A stretch of DNA of 61,980 nt, counting the filler. It is 8 parts of 8 records of this genome, joined end to end, with 100 filler letters (N's around TTAATTAATTAA, not from the genome) between each part and the next. Parts side by side here need not be neighbours in the genome. Positions count along the whole stretch, not along the records: positions 33,488 to 44,622 come from SRR31147125_52550; positions 44,723 to 50,125 come from SRR31147125_52575; positions 50,226 to 56,733 come from SRR31147125_52585; 5 more parts are not named here. The stretch is one strand, 5' to 3'. Positions 41,731 to 52,405 of the stretch are shown one piece after another. Position 1 is the stretch's first letter; each line of letters starts with the position of its first letter. Below the pieces are notes generated by a model. That model saw only the letters and a program-made list of their open reading frames with translations, was not told the DNA's origin and did no database searches. Made by a program: the position numbers and the translations under genes.

Positions 41731-43202
41731 ATGAAAAATAGTTATGTACAAGGATTAATAAGAATATTAATCTCAGCATTTATTTTGATTGCAGTATTTG
41801 CTTGTCAGCAAACAAAGGTGCCTGAGAAACCCAATATACTGTTTATTTTTACCGACGACCAACAATGGAATACAATCCATGCTTTGGGGAACAGCCACAT
41901 TCATACTCCAAATTTAGACAAGTTGACAGAGGGGGCTTTTATTTTTAATAATACCTATTGTTTTGGTGGAAATACGGCAGCTGTTTGTATTCCATCGAGA
42001 AATATGCTGATGAGCGGGCGCACTTTTTTCAATTTGAGGCCGATTGCCAGAGAATAGCCGCTACCGGCGCAGAACCCAGGAGAAAGCATTTCGCCAATCC
42101 CGATTGGCCAACCATTCCCAAGGTGATGAAAGCTGCCGGTTATGAAACTTTTTACAGGGAAAAAAGTGGTAAATCCAACAACCCGGTAATCCGGTCACAA
42201 TTCGACCATTATGCCGATATTCACCAGGTAAATGCCCTTCGCACCGGGCGTCCGGCAAACAAGATTGTAAACGATGCCATCCAATTCATTTCCGGGGAGC
42301 GGAACCCTGCCAAGCCATTTTTTATGTATCTCGGGATTCCTGCTCCGCACGATCCACGGTGGTCGCTGAAGAAATTCAGGGACATGTACGATGAGCACAA
42401 AATGCCTCTACCCGAAAACTACCAGCCTGTTCATCCGTGGGACATCGGTTCCATGACCGTACGCGACGAACGTCTTGAAGCGTGGCCCCGTACAAAAGAG
42501 GCCATTCAAAGGCATATCTTCGATTATTATTCAACCATTACTGCCATGGATTTCGATTTTGGTCGGCTAATTGAAGTGCTCGACAAACAAAATTTAACCG
42601 ATAATACTATCATTATTTTTAGTTCCGACCAAGGGCTTTCACTGGGTCAACACGGCTTAATGGGAAAACAAAATATTTACGAAGGGACCATGAAAGTGCC
42701 ATTTTTCATGAAAGGCCCGGGGGTACCCAAAGGACAATCCGATGCTTTTGTATACCTGCACGACGTATTGCCCACGCTTTGCGATATTGCTCAAACAGAA
42801 ATCCCCGACAGCCTCGATGGGAAAAGTTTTTACGGGATTCTCACCGGCAAAGAACAGCAAATACGAGACAATGCTGTTTTGGCTTACATGGACACCCAGC
42901 GCTCCATACGCGATAAACAGTGGAAACTAATTCGTTTCCCGAAAATAGGTAAAACAGTATTGTATAACCTGGACGACGATCCCAATGAAATCCGTAACCT
43001 GGCCGATGAACCACAGCACAAACAAAAGGTAAATGAGTTAACCGAAAAACTGAAGAAAGAATGTAAAACACTGGGTGATCAGGTTGATTTATTCTCCGAA
43101 AGTTACGAGCCCGCTGAATTTGTTGCACCCATCGAAAAGTTGCCCACACCCTACCCGGCCGGAGGCTTGGCACCTGAAGATCCTGCATTTGTTGAAGAAT
43201 AG
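41731..43202 (+). CDS. S1-family sulfatase (frameshift at the T6 run 42024-42029)
   Basis: [17 protein letters not shown] (CxPxR), APHDP, SDQG...GKQNIYE...VP; lipoprotein-like signal. Confidence 0.9.
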
Positions 43203-43238
43203 AAAATCGCAAAACAAAATCTTAATAATTATAGAAGA

Positions 43239-44622
43239 ATGAAAAGTATAACAAATATATCCGCTGTTCTCATATTTATGATATTCGGAGTTTGGGGAGC
43301 GCATGCTCAAAATTCAAGGGCAAATGTAATTTTAATTATGGCCGACGATCTTGGATGGGGTGATCCCGGATTTAATAGAGGCGAAGTAATAAAAACACCT
43401 TCATTAGATGAAATGGCTTCTGAGGGTGTGGTTTTCTCAAGGTTTTATTCGGCAGCACCGGTTTGTTCACCCACAAGAGGAAGTTGCCTTTCAGGCCGTC
43501 ATCCATTCCGCTATGGTATTTATACTGCCAACAAGGGAAGCTTAAAAAAGGAGGAGATTACACTTGCTGAAATATTTAAAATGAATGGTTATGTTACCGG
43601 GCATTTTGGAAAGTGGCATCTTGGAACTTTAGACCCGGAATTTTCTATCCATGGAGAAAAGAGAGAACCAAAAAAGAATTATATGCCACCGTCTCATGCC
43701 GGTTTTGATGAGTGGTTCTCAACCGAGCTGGCTGTGCCTACCTATGAGCCATACAGCCGGGAGTATACAAATCCGCGTGCCTGGAAAATAGATGGTGATT
43801 GGCGGGCGGTTTACTGGCACAATGGTGAACCGGTAAAAAAAGAACTGAAAGGATGTGATTCGGAAATAATTATGGACAGGGCAATCCCCTTTATAGAAAA
43901 GGCAGTTGATTCCAATAACAACTTTTTTGCTGTAATTTGGTTTCATGCACCTCATGCCCCTGTTGTCGGGCATCCCAAATACATGAAAGAGTTTTATGCT
44001 GATTATCCTGAAAATAAACAACATTATTACAGTTCGGTTACCGCTCTTGATGCCCAGGTGGGACGATTGCGGAAATATTTAAAGAACCTGGGAGTAAATG
44101 AAAATACTGTTATCTGTTTTACAAGCGATAATGGCCCCGAAGGAAATCCAAATGCAAATTCGCGTTACCAGGGCTCGGCTGGAGAATTCAGGGGGCGAAA
44201 ACGCAGCCTTTACGAAGGGGGTATAAGAGTGCCGTCAATCATTGAATGGCCAGGCTTAAATGTCGCCGGTAAAAATATTGAAATCCCGGTAGTAACAAGC
44301 GATTATTTTCCAACATTCTGTTCGCTCCTGGGGATTCATTCAAATGCATTTTCCAGGCCAGTTGATGGTGTCAACCTTTTGCCAATTCTAAAAGGAGAGG
44401 TTTCAAAACGAAATTCTGATATCGGGTTTCAGACAGCACAACAGCAAACCTGGGTAACAAACAGGTATAAGCTGGTACATAATCTTACTGAAAAACGTCA
44501 TACATCGGATAATGGTAAAACTCCGTTTCATAAATATGAATTGTATGACCTGATTAACGATCCTTCTGAAACGGAAAATATTGCAGAGAAACATCCTGAA
44601 AAGGTTAAAGAAATGAAATCAT
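43239..44622 (+). CDS. S1-family sulfatase (3' truncated)
   Basis: NVILIMADDLGWGD, CSPTR, GKWHLG, HAPHAP, SDNGP and KRSLYEGGIRVP. Confidence 0.93.
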
Positions 44623-44722
44623 NNNNNNNNNNNNNNNNNNNNNNNNNNNNNNNNNNNNNNNNNNNNTTAATTAATTAANNNNNNNNNNNNNNNNNNNNNN
44701 NNNNNNNNNNNNNNNNNNNNNN
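44623..44722. other. Artificial contig linker
   Basis: N44-TTAATTAATTAA-N44. Confidence 0.98.
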
Positions 44723-45736
<1,014 letters not shown>

Positions 45737-45786
45737 GTGATATCATAGTACACAAATATTGTAATAAAGCATTTTTATACTTAGTT

Positions 45787-47264
45787 TTAATCAGCAAATA
45801 AGGCTTCAACTTCTGATGGTATAAATTTCTTTGAAAATAGGCTAACAACAAAAGTGAAAAATACAGAAGCTATCATTGCAATTGAACCGATAGTTGGAAC
45901 GCTAAGAATTGTCCATATTCCTACTTTTGTTAATGCTACAAGACCAAACATAACAAATATGCCACAAACAAAGCCAGCCCATGCACCTGCTTTTGTTGCG
46001 CCTTTCCATGTAACACCTAATAAAAATGGTCCTAAGAAAGCGCCAGCTAAAGCTCCCCAGGAATACGACATTAGTGTGATGATTATTGCTGTTTTATCGA
46101 GTGCAACTATTAGTGAAACGAGAACAAATAAAAGACATAGAATTCTCATAATGATCATTGAAGTTTTGTCTTTGATACTTGGCTTTAAGGTTTTAACTAA
46201 ATCTATAGCTATTGAAGATGATGAAACAAGAACTAAAGATGAAAGGGTTGACATTGATGCTGCTAAAATGAGGATTAAGATAAGACCAACCATAGCTTCT
46301 GGAAGAGCTGCTTGAACTACCTTGGGCATAATCATCTCAAAATCAGGAGCTCCGCTTGCTGTATCAATTGGGATTTCGTTATTTAAAAACAATCTGCCAA
46401 ATGTTCCTACAAAATAACCGGAACCTGCAACAACCAAAGCAAAAACTGTAGAAACCACTGTCCCAGTTCGAATAGCCTTGTCTGATTTTATTGCGTAGAA
46501 TTTATGTACCATTTGTGGTAAACCCCAAGTACCAATACTTGTTAAGAAAATTAGTGAAATAAGTGTGAGGCGCATACCCTTTGAACCAAATGGAGAAGCA
46601 AGAGATGGATCGATAGCTGAAACCTTAGCAAGACCAGCAGAAAATCCGCCGACAACATCGCTGTTTATAACAAACAACACCATCAAAATTACCCCAACAA
46701 ACATGATAAAGCCCTGAACTGCATCCATAAGTGCCGTTGCAATATATCCGCCAAAAAGAAGATAAATAGCTGTAAGTATTGCCATAGAAATCATAGCGTA
46801 TGAAAAAGGCAAGCCAAACACTGCTTCAAAAAAGTATGAAAGTCCTTGGTAAACAGATGCTGAGTAAGGAACTAAAAAGATAAAGATAAAGACAGCAGAA
46901 GCGATTTTCATAACTCTACATTTGTATCTAGATTCAAAAACTCTGGCATGGTTTTTGAGTTGAGTTTGTGTGTAATCCTTCTTGTGGGTTTTGCTAAGAT
47001 AATCCAAGCAAGTAATGTTCCTATTAAAGCATTAGATATTCCTATCCATGTTGCAGAAACGCCAAAAGCCCAACCAAGTTTTCCTGCATACCCTACAAAC
47101 ATAACTGCGCTAAAGTAAGTTGTTCCATAAGCAAAAGCGCTCATCCATGCACCCATCTCTCTTCCACCAAGAAAGAAATCGTTGAGTGATTTTGTCTTTT
47201 TGTTTGAGATTATTGAAACAACAATCAAGATTATTACATATACTGCAATCATAAAATAAGTCAT
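45787..47264 (-). CDS. Sodium:solute symporter (SSS; frameshift at 46936-46940)
   Basis: DFFLGGR..GAWMSAFAYGTTYFSAVMFVGYAG, WGLPQMVHKFY and LAASMSTLSS. Confidence 0.9.
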
Positions 47265-47317
47265 ACCATACCCCTTTTTTCTTTATGCCTAAAAATAATT
47301 TATTTGCAACTAATACT

Positions 47318-48862
47318 TTATAGAAGTTTTTTAATATCATCAGATAAAACTGGCTCGAATTCTAAAAGATCTAAAATATCTTTTTTAAGATCGATTCCGT
47401 CATATACTTCTGATAATACCAAACCTCTTTCGTCTAATGTAAATACACATCTTTCTGTTACGTATTTTACATCCTGACCCTTTTTAGCCGCAAGCTTTGC
47501 CGAAAAGCTTATAGCTTCTATCTCTGGTTTAAACTTTCTTGTTTCACCTTCTTTATCTATTGTGATTTTTTCGCTATCAAAAGCCATATCTAAACCTACA
47601 GCCGAGAATGTCATGCAAAATACTACTTTTTTTGTTGCAAAAGTTATGTTTGCAAAGCCGCCAATTCCTGCAAAAGTTCCGTTTAAAACATGAGCATTTA
47701 CGTTTCCGTGTCTGTCAACTTCGTATCCGCCCATAAAGCAGATATCAAGACCGCCACCGTCGTAATAATCAAATTGATTTGCTTGAGCTATTATTGCATC
47801 TGCACCTATTGTAGCACCAAACGCATAACCTGGAGCAGGCAATCCTCCGATTCCACCAGATTCTACTGTCATTGTAGTTTGGCTTAAAACACCTCTTTTA
47901 GAAGCGTGCCTTCCTACGTTTTCTGGTATTCCAATACCTATATTGACAACATCGCCTTTTTTTAGCTCTAAAGAAGCTCTGTTCCCGATGATGTCATGAG
48001 ATACCTTTGGTTTACCTTTTCCTCTTTTACCCGAAAGCGTCATTTGTCTCATCCAATAATCCATATGGCTTGGAGGTACATGAATATCCCCAGAAAGCGA
48101 TGGATTATAGTCTGTGTTTAACATTTGCTTTTGGTTTGGACAAACAACAACATAATCAACCAATATGCCAGGAACTTTCACATCGCCCGGTCTTGAAAAA
48201 GTATGGCTTACTTTTTCTACTTGGACAATCACTAGCCCGCCATTAATTTTTGTCGCTTGAGCTATTTCAAGTGCATCGCCAACCACACATTCTTTTTCAA
48301 ATCTTATATTTCCATTAGGGTCAACAGTTGTACCCTCTATAAAAGTTACATCAAATTTTGGAGTTTTATAATATAAATATTCTTCATCATCAACCTCAAC
48401 AACTTTGACAAGCTCTTCGTTTGAGATATCGTTAAGACCAGGCCCATCTACCCTTGGGTCAACAAATATTCCAAGACCTACTTTAGAAAGATAACCTTCT
48501 TTTCCAGCTGCTGCTGCTCTTATTGTATGAGAAAGCACGCCAAGAGGCATATTGTAGGCTTCTATTTTACCTTGCTTTGCTAGCCTTGTAGCTGCAGGCA
48601 TACTTCCGTAATGTCCTAAAATAGTTTTTGAAACTGCTCCATCTTTTATATATCTATCCGCAAATAAGTCTTCGCTCCATCCGCCAAGTGCCGCCGCACA
48701 AAAGATTGTTAAGTCGTTTGGGTGTCCTGTGGTCTCGAATTTTTTTGCTAGTGCTAGATGTAGCATTTCTGGGTTGCTTAGAGATAAAAAAGCATTGACA
48801 CCTATTGTGTCTCCGTCTTTTATTAGGTTTGCTGATTCCTCTAAGGATATTATTTTGAACAT
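47318..48862 (-). CDS. Family I acyl-CoA:acetate CoA-transferase (Pct/YdiF-like)
   Basis: ATG at 48862 after AAAGGAG; VGLGIFVDPR, VNIGIGIPE, catalytic-Glu motif VESG, FDYYDGGGLD, GIGGFANI and YVTERCVF. Confidence 0.9.
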   Translation of the reverse strand: MFKIISLEESANLIKDGDTIGVNAFLSLSNPEMLHLALAKKFETTGHPNDLTIFCAAALGGWSEDLFADRYIKDGAVSKTILGHYGSMPAATRLAKQGKIEAYNMPLGVLSHTIRAAAAGKEGYLSKVGLGIFVDPRVDGPGLNDISNEELVKVVEVDDEEYLYYKTPKFDVTFIEGTTVDPNGNIRFEKECVVGDALEIAQATKINGGLVIVQVEKVSHTFSRPGDVKVPGILVDYVVVCPNQKQMLNTDYNPSLSGDIHVPPSHMDYWMRQMTLSGKRGKGKPKVSHDIIGNRASLELKKGDVVNIGIGIPENVGRHASKRGVLSQTTMTVESGGIGGLPAPGYAFGATIGADAIIAQANQFDYYDGGGLDICFMGGYEVDRHGNVNAHVLNGTFAGIGGFANITFATKKVVFCMTFSAVGLDMAFDSEKITIDKEGETRKFKPEIEAISFSAKLAAKKGQDVKYVTERCVFTLDERGLVLSEVYDGIDLKKDILDLLEFEPVLSDDIKKLL

Positions 48863-48881
48863 GAACAAACTCCTTTGGTAT

Positions 48882-48919
48882 AAAAAATAGGATTGATGAA
48901 TGAACACTCATCAATCCTA
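48882..48919 (-). terminator. 12-bp perfect inverted repeat with T-tail (terminator and/or operator)
   Basis: TAGGATTGATGA-N8-TCATCAATCCTA followed by T6 on the minus strand. Confidence 0.7.
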
Positions 48920-48951
48920 ATATTATACCAAATAAACGTTTAAGTAAAGTT

Positions 48952-50125
48952 TTAAGCTGAAAATTGGCTGTTGTAAAGCTCTGCATAAAAACCTTCTTTG
49001 TCCATTAGACTGTTGTGGTTTCCTTGTTCAATAACTTCGCCGTCTTTCATAACCAAAATAGTATCGGCATCGCGAATTGTAGAAAGCCTATGCGCAATTA
49101 CAAAATTAGTTCTGCCTTCCATAAGTGCTATCATGCCTTTTTGGATATATTTTTCGGTTCTTGTATCTACGCTGCTTGTAGCTTCATCTAAAATAAGTAT
49201 AGCAGGGTTTGCAAGCAATGCTCTTGCAATGGTCAAAAGCTGTTTTTGACCTTGAGATATGTTGGAAGCTTCTTCGTTTAAAATTGTGTCATATCCTTCG
49301 GGCAGTTTTCTAATAAAGTCATCAGCTTTTGCCAGCTTAGCTGCTTCAACTACTTCATCAAAATTTGAATTTACTTTGCCATAAGCTATATTATCCTTTA
49401 TGCTACCGTTAAAAAGCCAAGTGTTTTGTAAAACCATACCAAAATTAGATCTAAGGTCGTATCTTTTCACATCTCTAATATCAACACCATCAACGCTTAT
49501 CTTACCGCTGTCAATATCGTAAAAACGCATTAAAAGATTTACAAGCGTAGTTTTACCAGCGCCAGTAGGACCTACAATTGCTATAACATCGCCAGCAGAA
49601 ACATTTAGGTTGAGATGTTTTATGATAGGTATATCTTTATCATATCCAAAGCAAATATCTTCAAAGTCGACATTACCTTTTATGCTTTGCAAAGGTTTAG
49701 GATTATCGCTATCAGAAACCTCTTGAGGTTCATCTAAAATCTCATAAACACGTTCTGCTGCTGCAACGGTTGTTTGTAATATATTTGCTATTTGAGCAAC
49801 TTGAGCAATTGGTTGGTTGAATTGTCTTGAATATTGGATAAAAGCTTGAAAACCACCAATAGTGATCTTTCCGCTTATGGCCAAAAGTCCGCCAACAATA
49901 CATATAATTACATAGTTAAAGTTGCTAACAAGCTGCATAAGAGGCATCATAATTCCTGCAAAAAACTGGGCTTTCCATCCTACGTCATAAAGCTTTTCGT
50001 TAGTTTCATCAAACTTTTCTATAGATTCTTGTTCTTTACCAAAGGCCTTAACAACGGTATGACCGCCATACATCTCTTCTATATGTCCGTTTAGTTCACC
50101 AAGCCTTGCTTGTTGCTTTGAAAAA
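48952..50125 (-). CDS. ABC exporter, fused TMD-NBD (5' truncated)
   Basis: Walker A GPTGAGKTT, signature ISQGQKQ, Walker B ILDEATSSVD and IAHRLST. Confidence 0.95.
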
Positions 50126-50225
50126 NNNNNNNNNNNNNNNNNNNNNNNNNNNNNNNNNNNNNNNNNNNNTTAATTAATTAANNNNNNNNNNNNNNNNNNN
50201 NNNNNNNNNNNNNNNNNNNNNNNNN
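50126..50225. other. Artificial contig linker
   Basis: N44-TTAATTAATTAA-N44. Confidence 0.98.
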
Positions 50226-50882
50226 GCTGTAGTATATGATCCATCTATTTGTGTTGGTTGCAGGTATTGCATGGTTGCCTGCCCATGGAATTTACCTGGA
50301 TACGAATACAATAACCCGCGAGATCCAAAGATTGTCAGAAGCACGATGTGCTATCCTAGAATAAAAGAAGGCAAAGTACCTGGATGTGTGGAAGCCTGTC
50401 CTATGGAAGCATTAACATTTGGTAAAAGAGATGACATCCTGAAAATTGCCCGTGAAAGAATAAGAAAACATCCTGATAGATATGTAAACCATATTTATGG
50501 TGAACATGAGTCTGGTGGAACAAGTTGGCTGTTCTTATCAGGTACTGATTTCAACAAAGTCGGACTTCCGACAAACATTGGCAATGCTCCTCCACAAAAG
50601 CTGACAGGCGGAGCTTTGGGTGCTGTGCCGATGGTCGTTGGTTTATGGCCTGTTTTGTTATCCGGCATTTACGCAATGACAAAAAGAAAAGAAAAAATTG
50701 CCAAGCACGAGAAGAATTCAGCCGTCCAGGCAATGCACGACAAATGCAAAAAAGAAGAAGCAGATGCCTTGGCAGCAGCAACCAAAAAAGCAAAAACTGC
50801 TCAGAAAAAAGCAATCGATAGAGCTGTTAAAAAAGCCCTTGCAGATGCCAAAAAGAAGGCTCAAGCAGAGGAGAAAGCCTAA
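50226..50882 (+). CDS. hmcB: HmcB/HybA-like iron-sulfur subunit (5' truncated)
   Basis: CVGCRYCMVACP, PGCVEACP, HIYGEHESGGTSW, then a C-terminal TM and a Lys/Ala-rich tail. Confidence 0.8.
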   Translation, partial: AVVYDPSICVGCRYCMVACPWNLPGYEYNNPRDPKIVRSTMCYPRIKEGKVPGCVEACPMEALTFGKRDDILKIARERIRKHPDRYVNHIYGEHESGGTSWLFLSGTDFNKVGLPTNIGNAPPQKLTGGALGAVPMVVGLWPVLLSGIYAMTKRKEKIAKHEKNSAVQAMHDKCKKEEADALAAATKKAKTAQKKAIDRAVKKALADAKKKAQAEEKA

Positions 50883-52054
50883 TGTCGCAGGAAACAGTAG
50901 TAGAAAAAAATGGATTGTTTACTCCATTTAACATAGTCGCTGGTATTATCGTAGTAATCGGACTGTTTTTGACATTCCTACGCTTTACCGGAGGAATCGG
51001 AGCTGTTACGAATCTCGACTATAACACTCCCTGGGGAATATGGATCGGATTCGATTTGTTATCCGGTGTAGCTTTGGCTGCTGGTGGATATACAACTTCG
51101 GCGGCTGTCTATATTTTTGGAATGAAAAAATATCATGCAGCAGTTAGACCAGCAATATTGACTGGATTTTTAGGTTATTCAATGGTTGTATTCGCCCTAC
51201 TTTATGATGTAGGACAACCTTGGCGATTGCACTACCCTCTTCTGGTTAGTCCTGGCACAACTTCAGTACTTTTTGAAGTCGGTTTGTGTGTTGGCCTTTA
51301 TCTGATGGTATTGTTTCTTGAATTCTCAAACGCACCACTTGAGTGGTTAGGAATCAAAAAATTAGCCAGAGTAATCTCAAAATTGACGATTTTGTTAACA
51401 ATTTTCGGTGTCGTTCTATCTACTCTTCATCAATCATCTCTTGGTTCACTATTTTTAGCAGCTCCATCAAAGCTTCATCCTCTCTGGTATTCATCATATA
51501 TGCCCCTATTCTTCTTTGTATCAAGCATTGCTGCCGGTCTTTCCATGGTTATTTTTGAAGGTTCAATATCTCACCGATTTTACAAACACAAAATGGATGA
51601 AGAACATCTAAATAGTGCTGATACAATCGTCATTGGTTTCGGAAAAGCTGCTGCAATGGTACTTGCTGGATACTTCACTATTAAGCTAATTGGATTGGCT
51701 CTCGATAATAACTGGCATTATCTAAACTCGACATACGGCTACGTTTACTTGGTTGAAATGATCGGTTTTGTTCTCGCTCCTTGCATTATGTATACAATCG
51801 GGTTTAGAGAAAAGAAAACAGCAGTTATCAAAGTTGCTGCTTTTATTACTGTTTTAGGTATCGTCTTTAACAGACTTAACGTATCCGTTATTGGATTCAA
51901 TTACCAACTACCAAGTGAAGCTCGATATTTCCCACATTGGATGGAAATCGGAATTTCAGTGTTCATTATCACCTTGGGACTCATTGCATTTAAGTTTATC
52001 GCCAACAGGATGCCGATATTTTTTGAGCATCCTGATTTTCCCGATAATCATTAG
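50882..52054 (+). CDS. hmcC: HmcC/HybB (NrfD-family) membrane subunit
   Basis: PWGIWIGFDLLSGVALAAGGY, DVGQPWR, SVLFEVGLCV and STLHQSSLGSL..SKLHPLWYS. Confidence 0.85.
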   Translation: MSQETVVEKNGLFTPFNIVAGIIVVIGLFLTFLRFTGGIGAVTNLDYNTPWGIWIGFDLLSGVALAAGGYTTSAAVYIFGMKKYHAAVRPAILTGFLGYSMVVFALLYDVGQPWRLHYPLLVSPGTTSVLFEVGLCVGLYLMVLFLEFSNAPLEWLGIKKLARVISKLTILLTIFGVVLSTLHQSSLGSLFLAAPSKLHPLWYSSYMPLFFFVSSIAAGLSMVIFEGSISHRFYKHKMDEEHLNSADTIVIGFGKAAAMVLAGYFTIKLIGLALDNNWHYLNSTYGYVYLVEMIGFVLAPCIMYTIGFREKKTAVIKVAAFITVLGIVFNRLNVSVIGFNYQLPSEARYFPHWMEIGISVFIITLGLIAFKFIANRMPIFFEHPDFPDNH

Positions 52055-52073
52055 TATCAAAGGTAGATGATTT

Positions 52074-52211
52074 TTGCATGAAAGCACTTTCAAGACTCTA
52101 CAGGAATTCATGGCCTCTACAGAAGCAACGACTTATATAATAGCCGGATTGTTTCTGGTAGTATTCGTAGTTTTTTGGAATTTTCTAAACGCGGAAAATA
52201 CCGAAGACTAA
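52074..52211 (+). CDS. hmcD: Small single-TM HmcD-like subunit (absent from the ORF track)
   Basis: ESTFKTLQEFMASTEATTYIIAGLFLVVFVVFWNFLNAENTED*. Start is TTG at 52074, or ATG at 52078 with one missing G. It lies directly after hmcC. Confidence 0.65.
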   Translation: MHESTFKTLQEFMASTEATTYIIAGLFLVVFVVFWNFLNAENTED

Positions 52212-52285
52212 ATCGTTGAAGCTATCAAATTCCGACCCTTTATTTTTATCATATAATTTTTGTTTAAAAGAAAGATTTTATATAT

Positions 52286-52316
52286 TCCTGCAAGAATGAT
52301 ATGTTTTCTTGCAGGA
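52286..52316. terminator. 11-bp inverted repeat after the hmc genes (terminator or operator)
   Basis: TCCTGCAAGAA-N9-TTCTTGCAGGA, without a clean U-tail. Confidence 0.45.
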
Positions 52317-52405
52317 GTAATAATTTAATCTGTTTTATTCCCAAAATCATAATTTTGTAGTATTCTTAGTCAACAATAATTGACTTGGGGTAATAGAATA
52401 CAATT

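Noticed and set aside
12583..44622. One sulfur system linking the sulfotransferase, YeeE/TusA, the ASST-like domain and the sulfatases
   Set aside because: These genes lie on different contigs with different composition; their proximity is an artefact.
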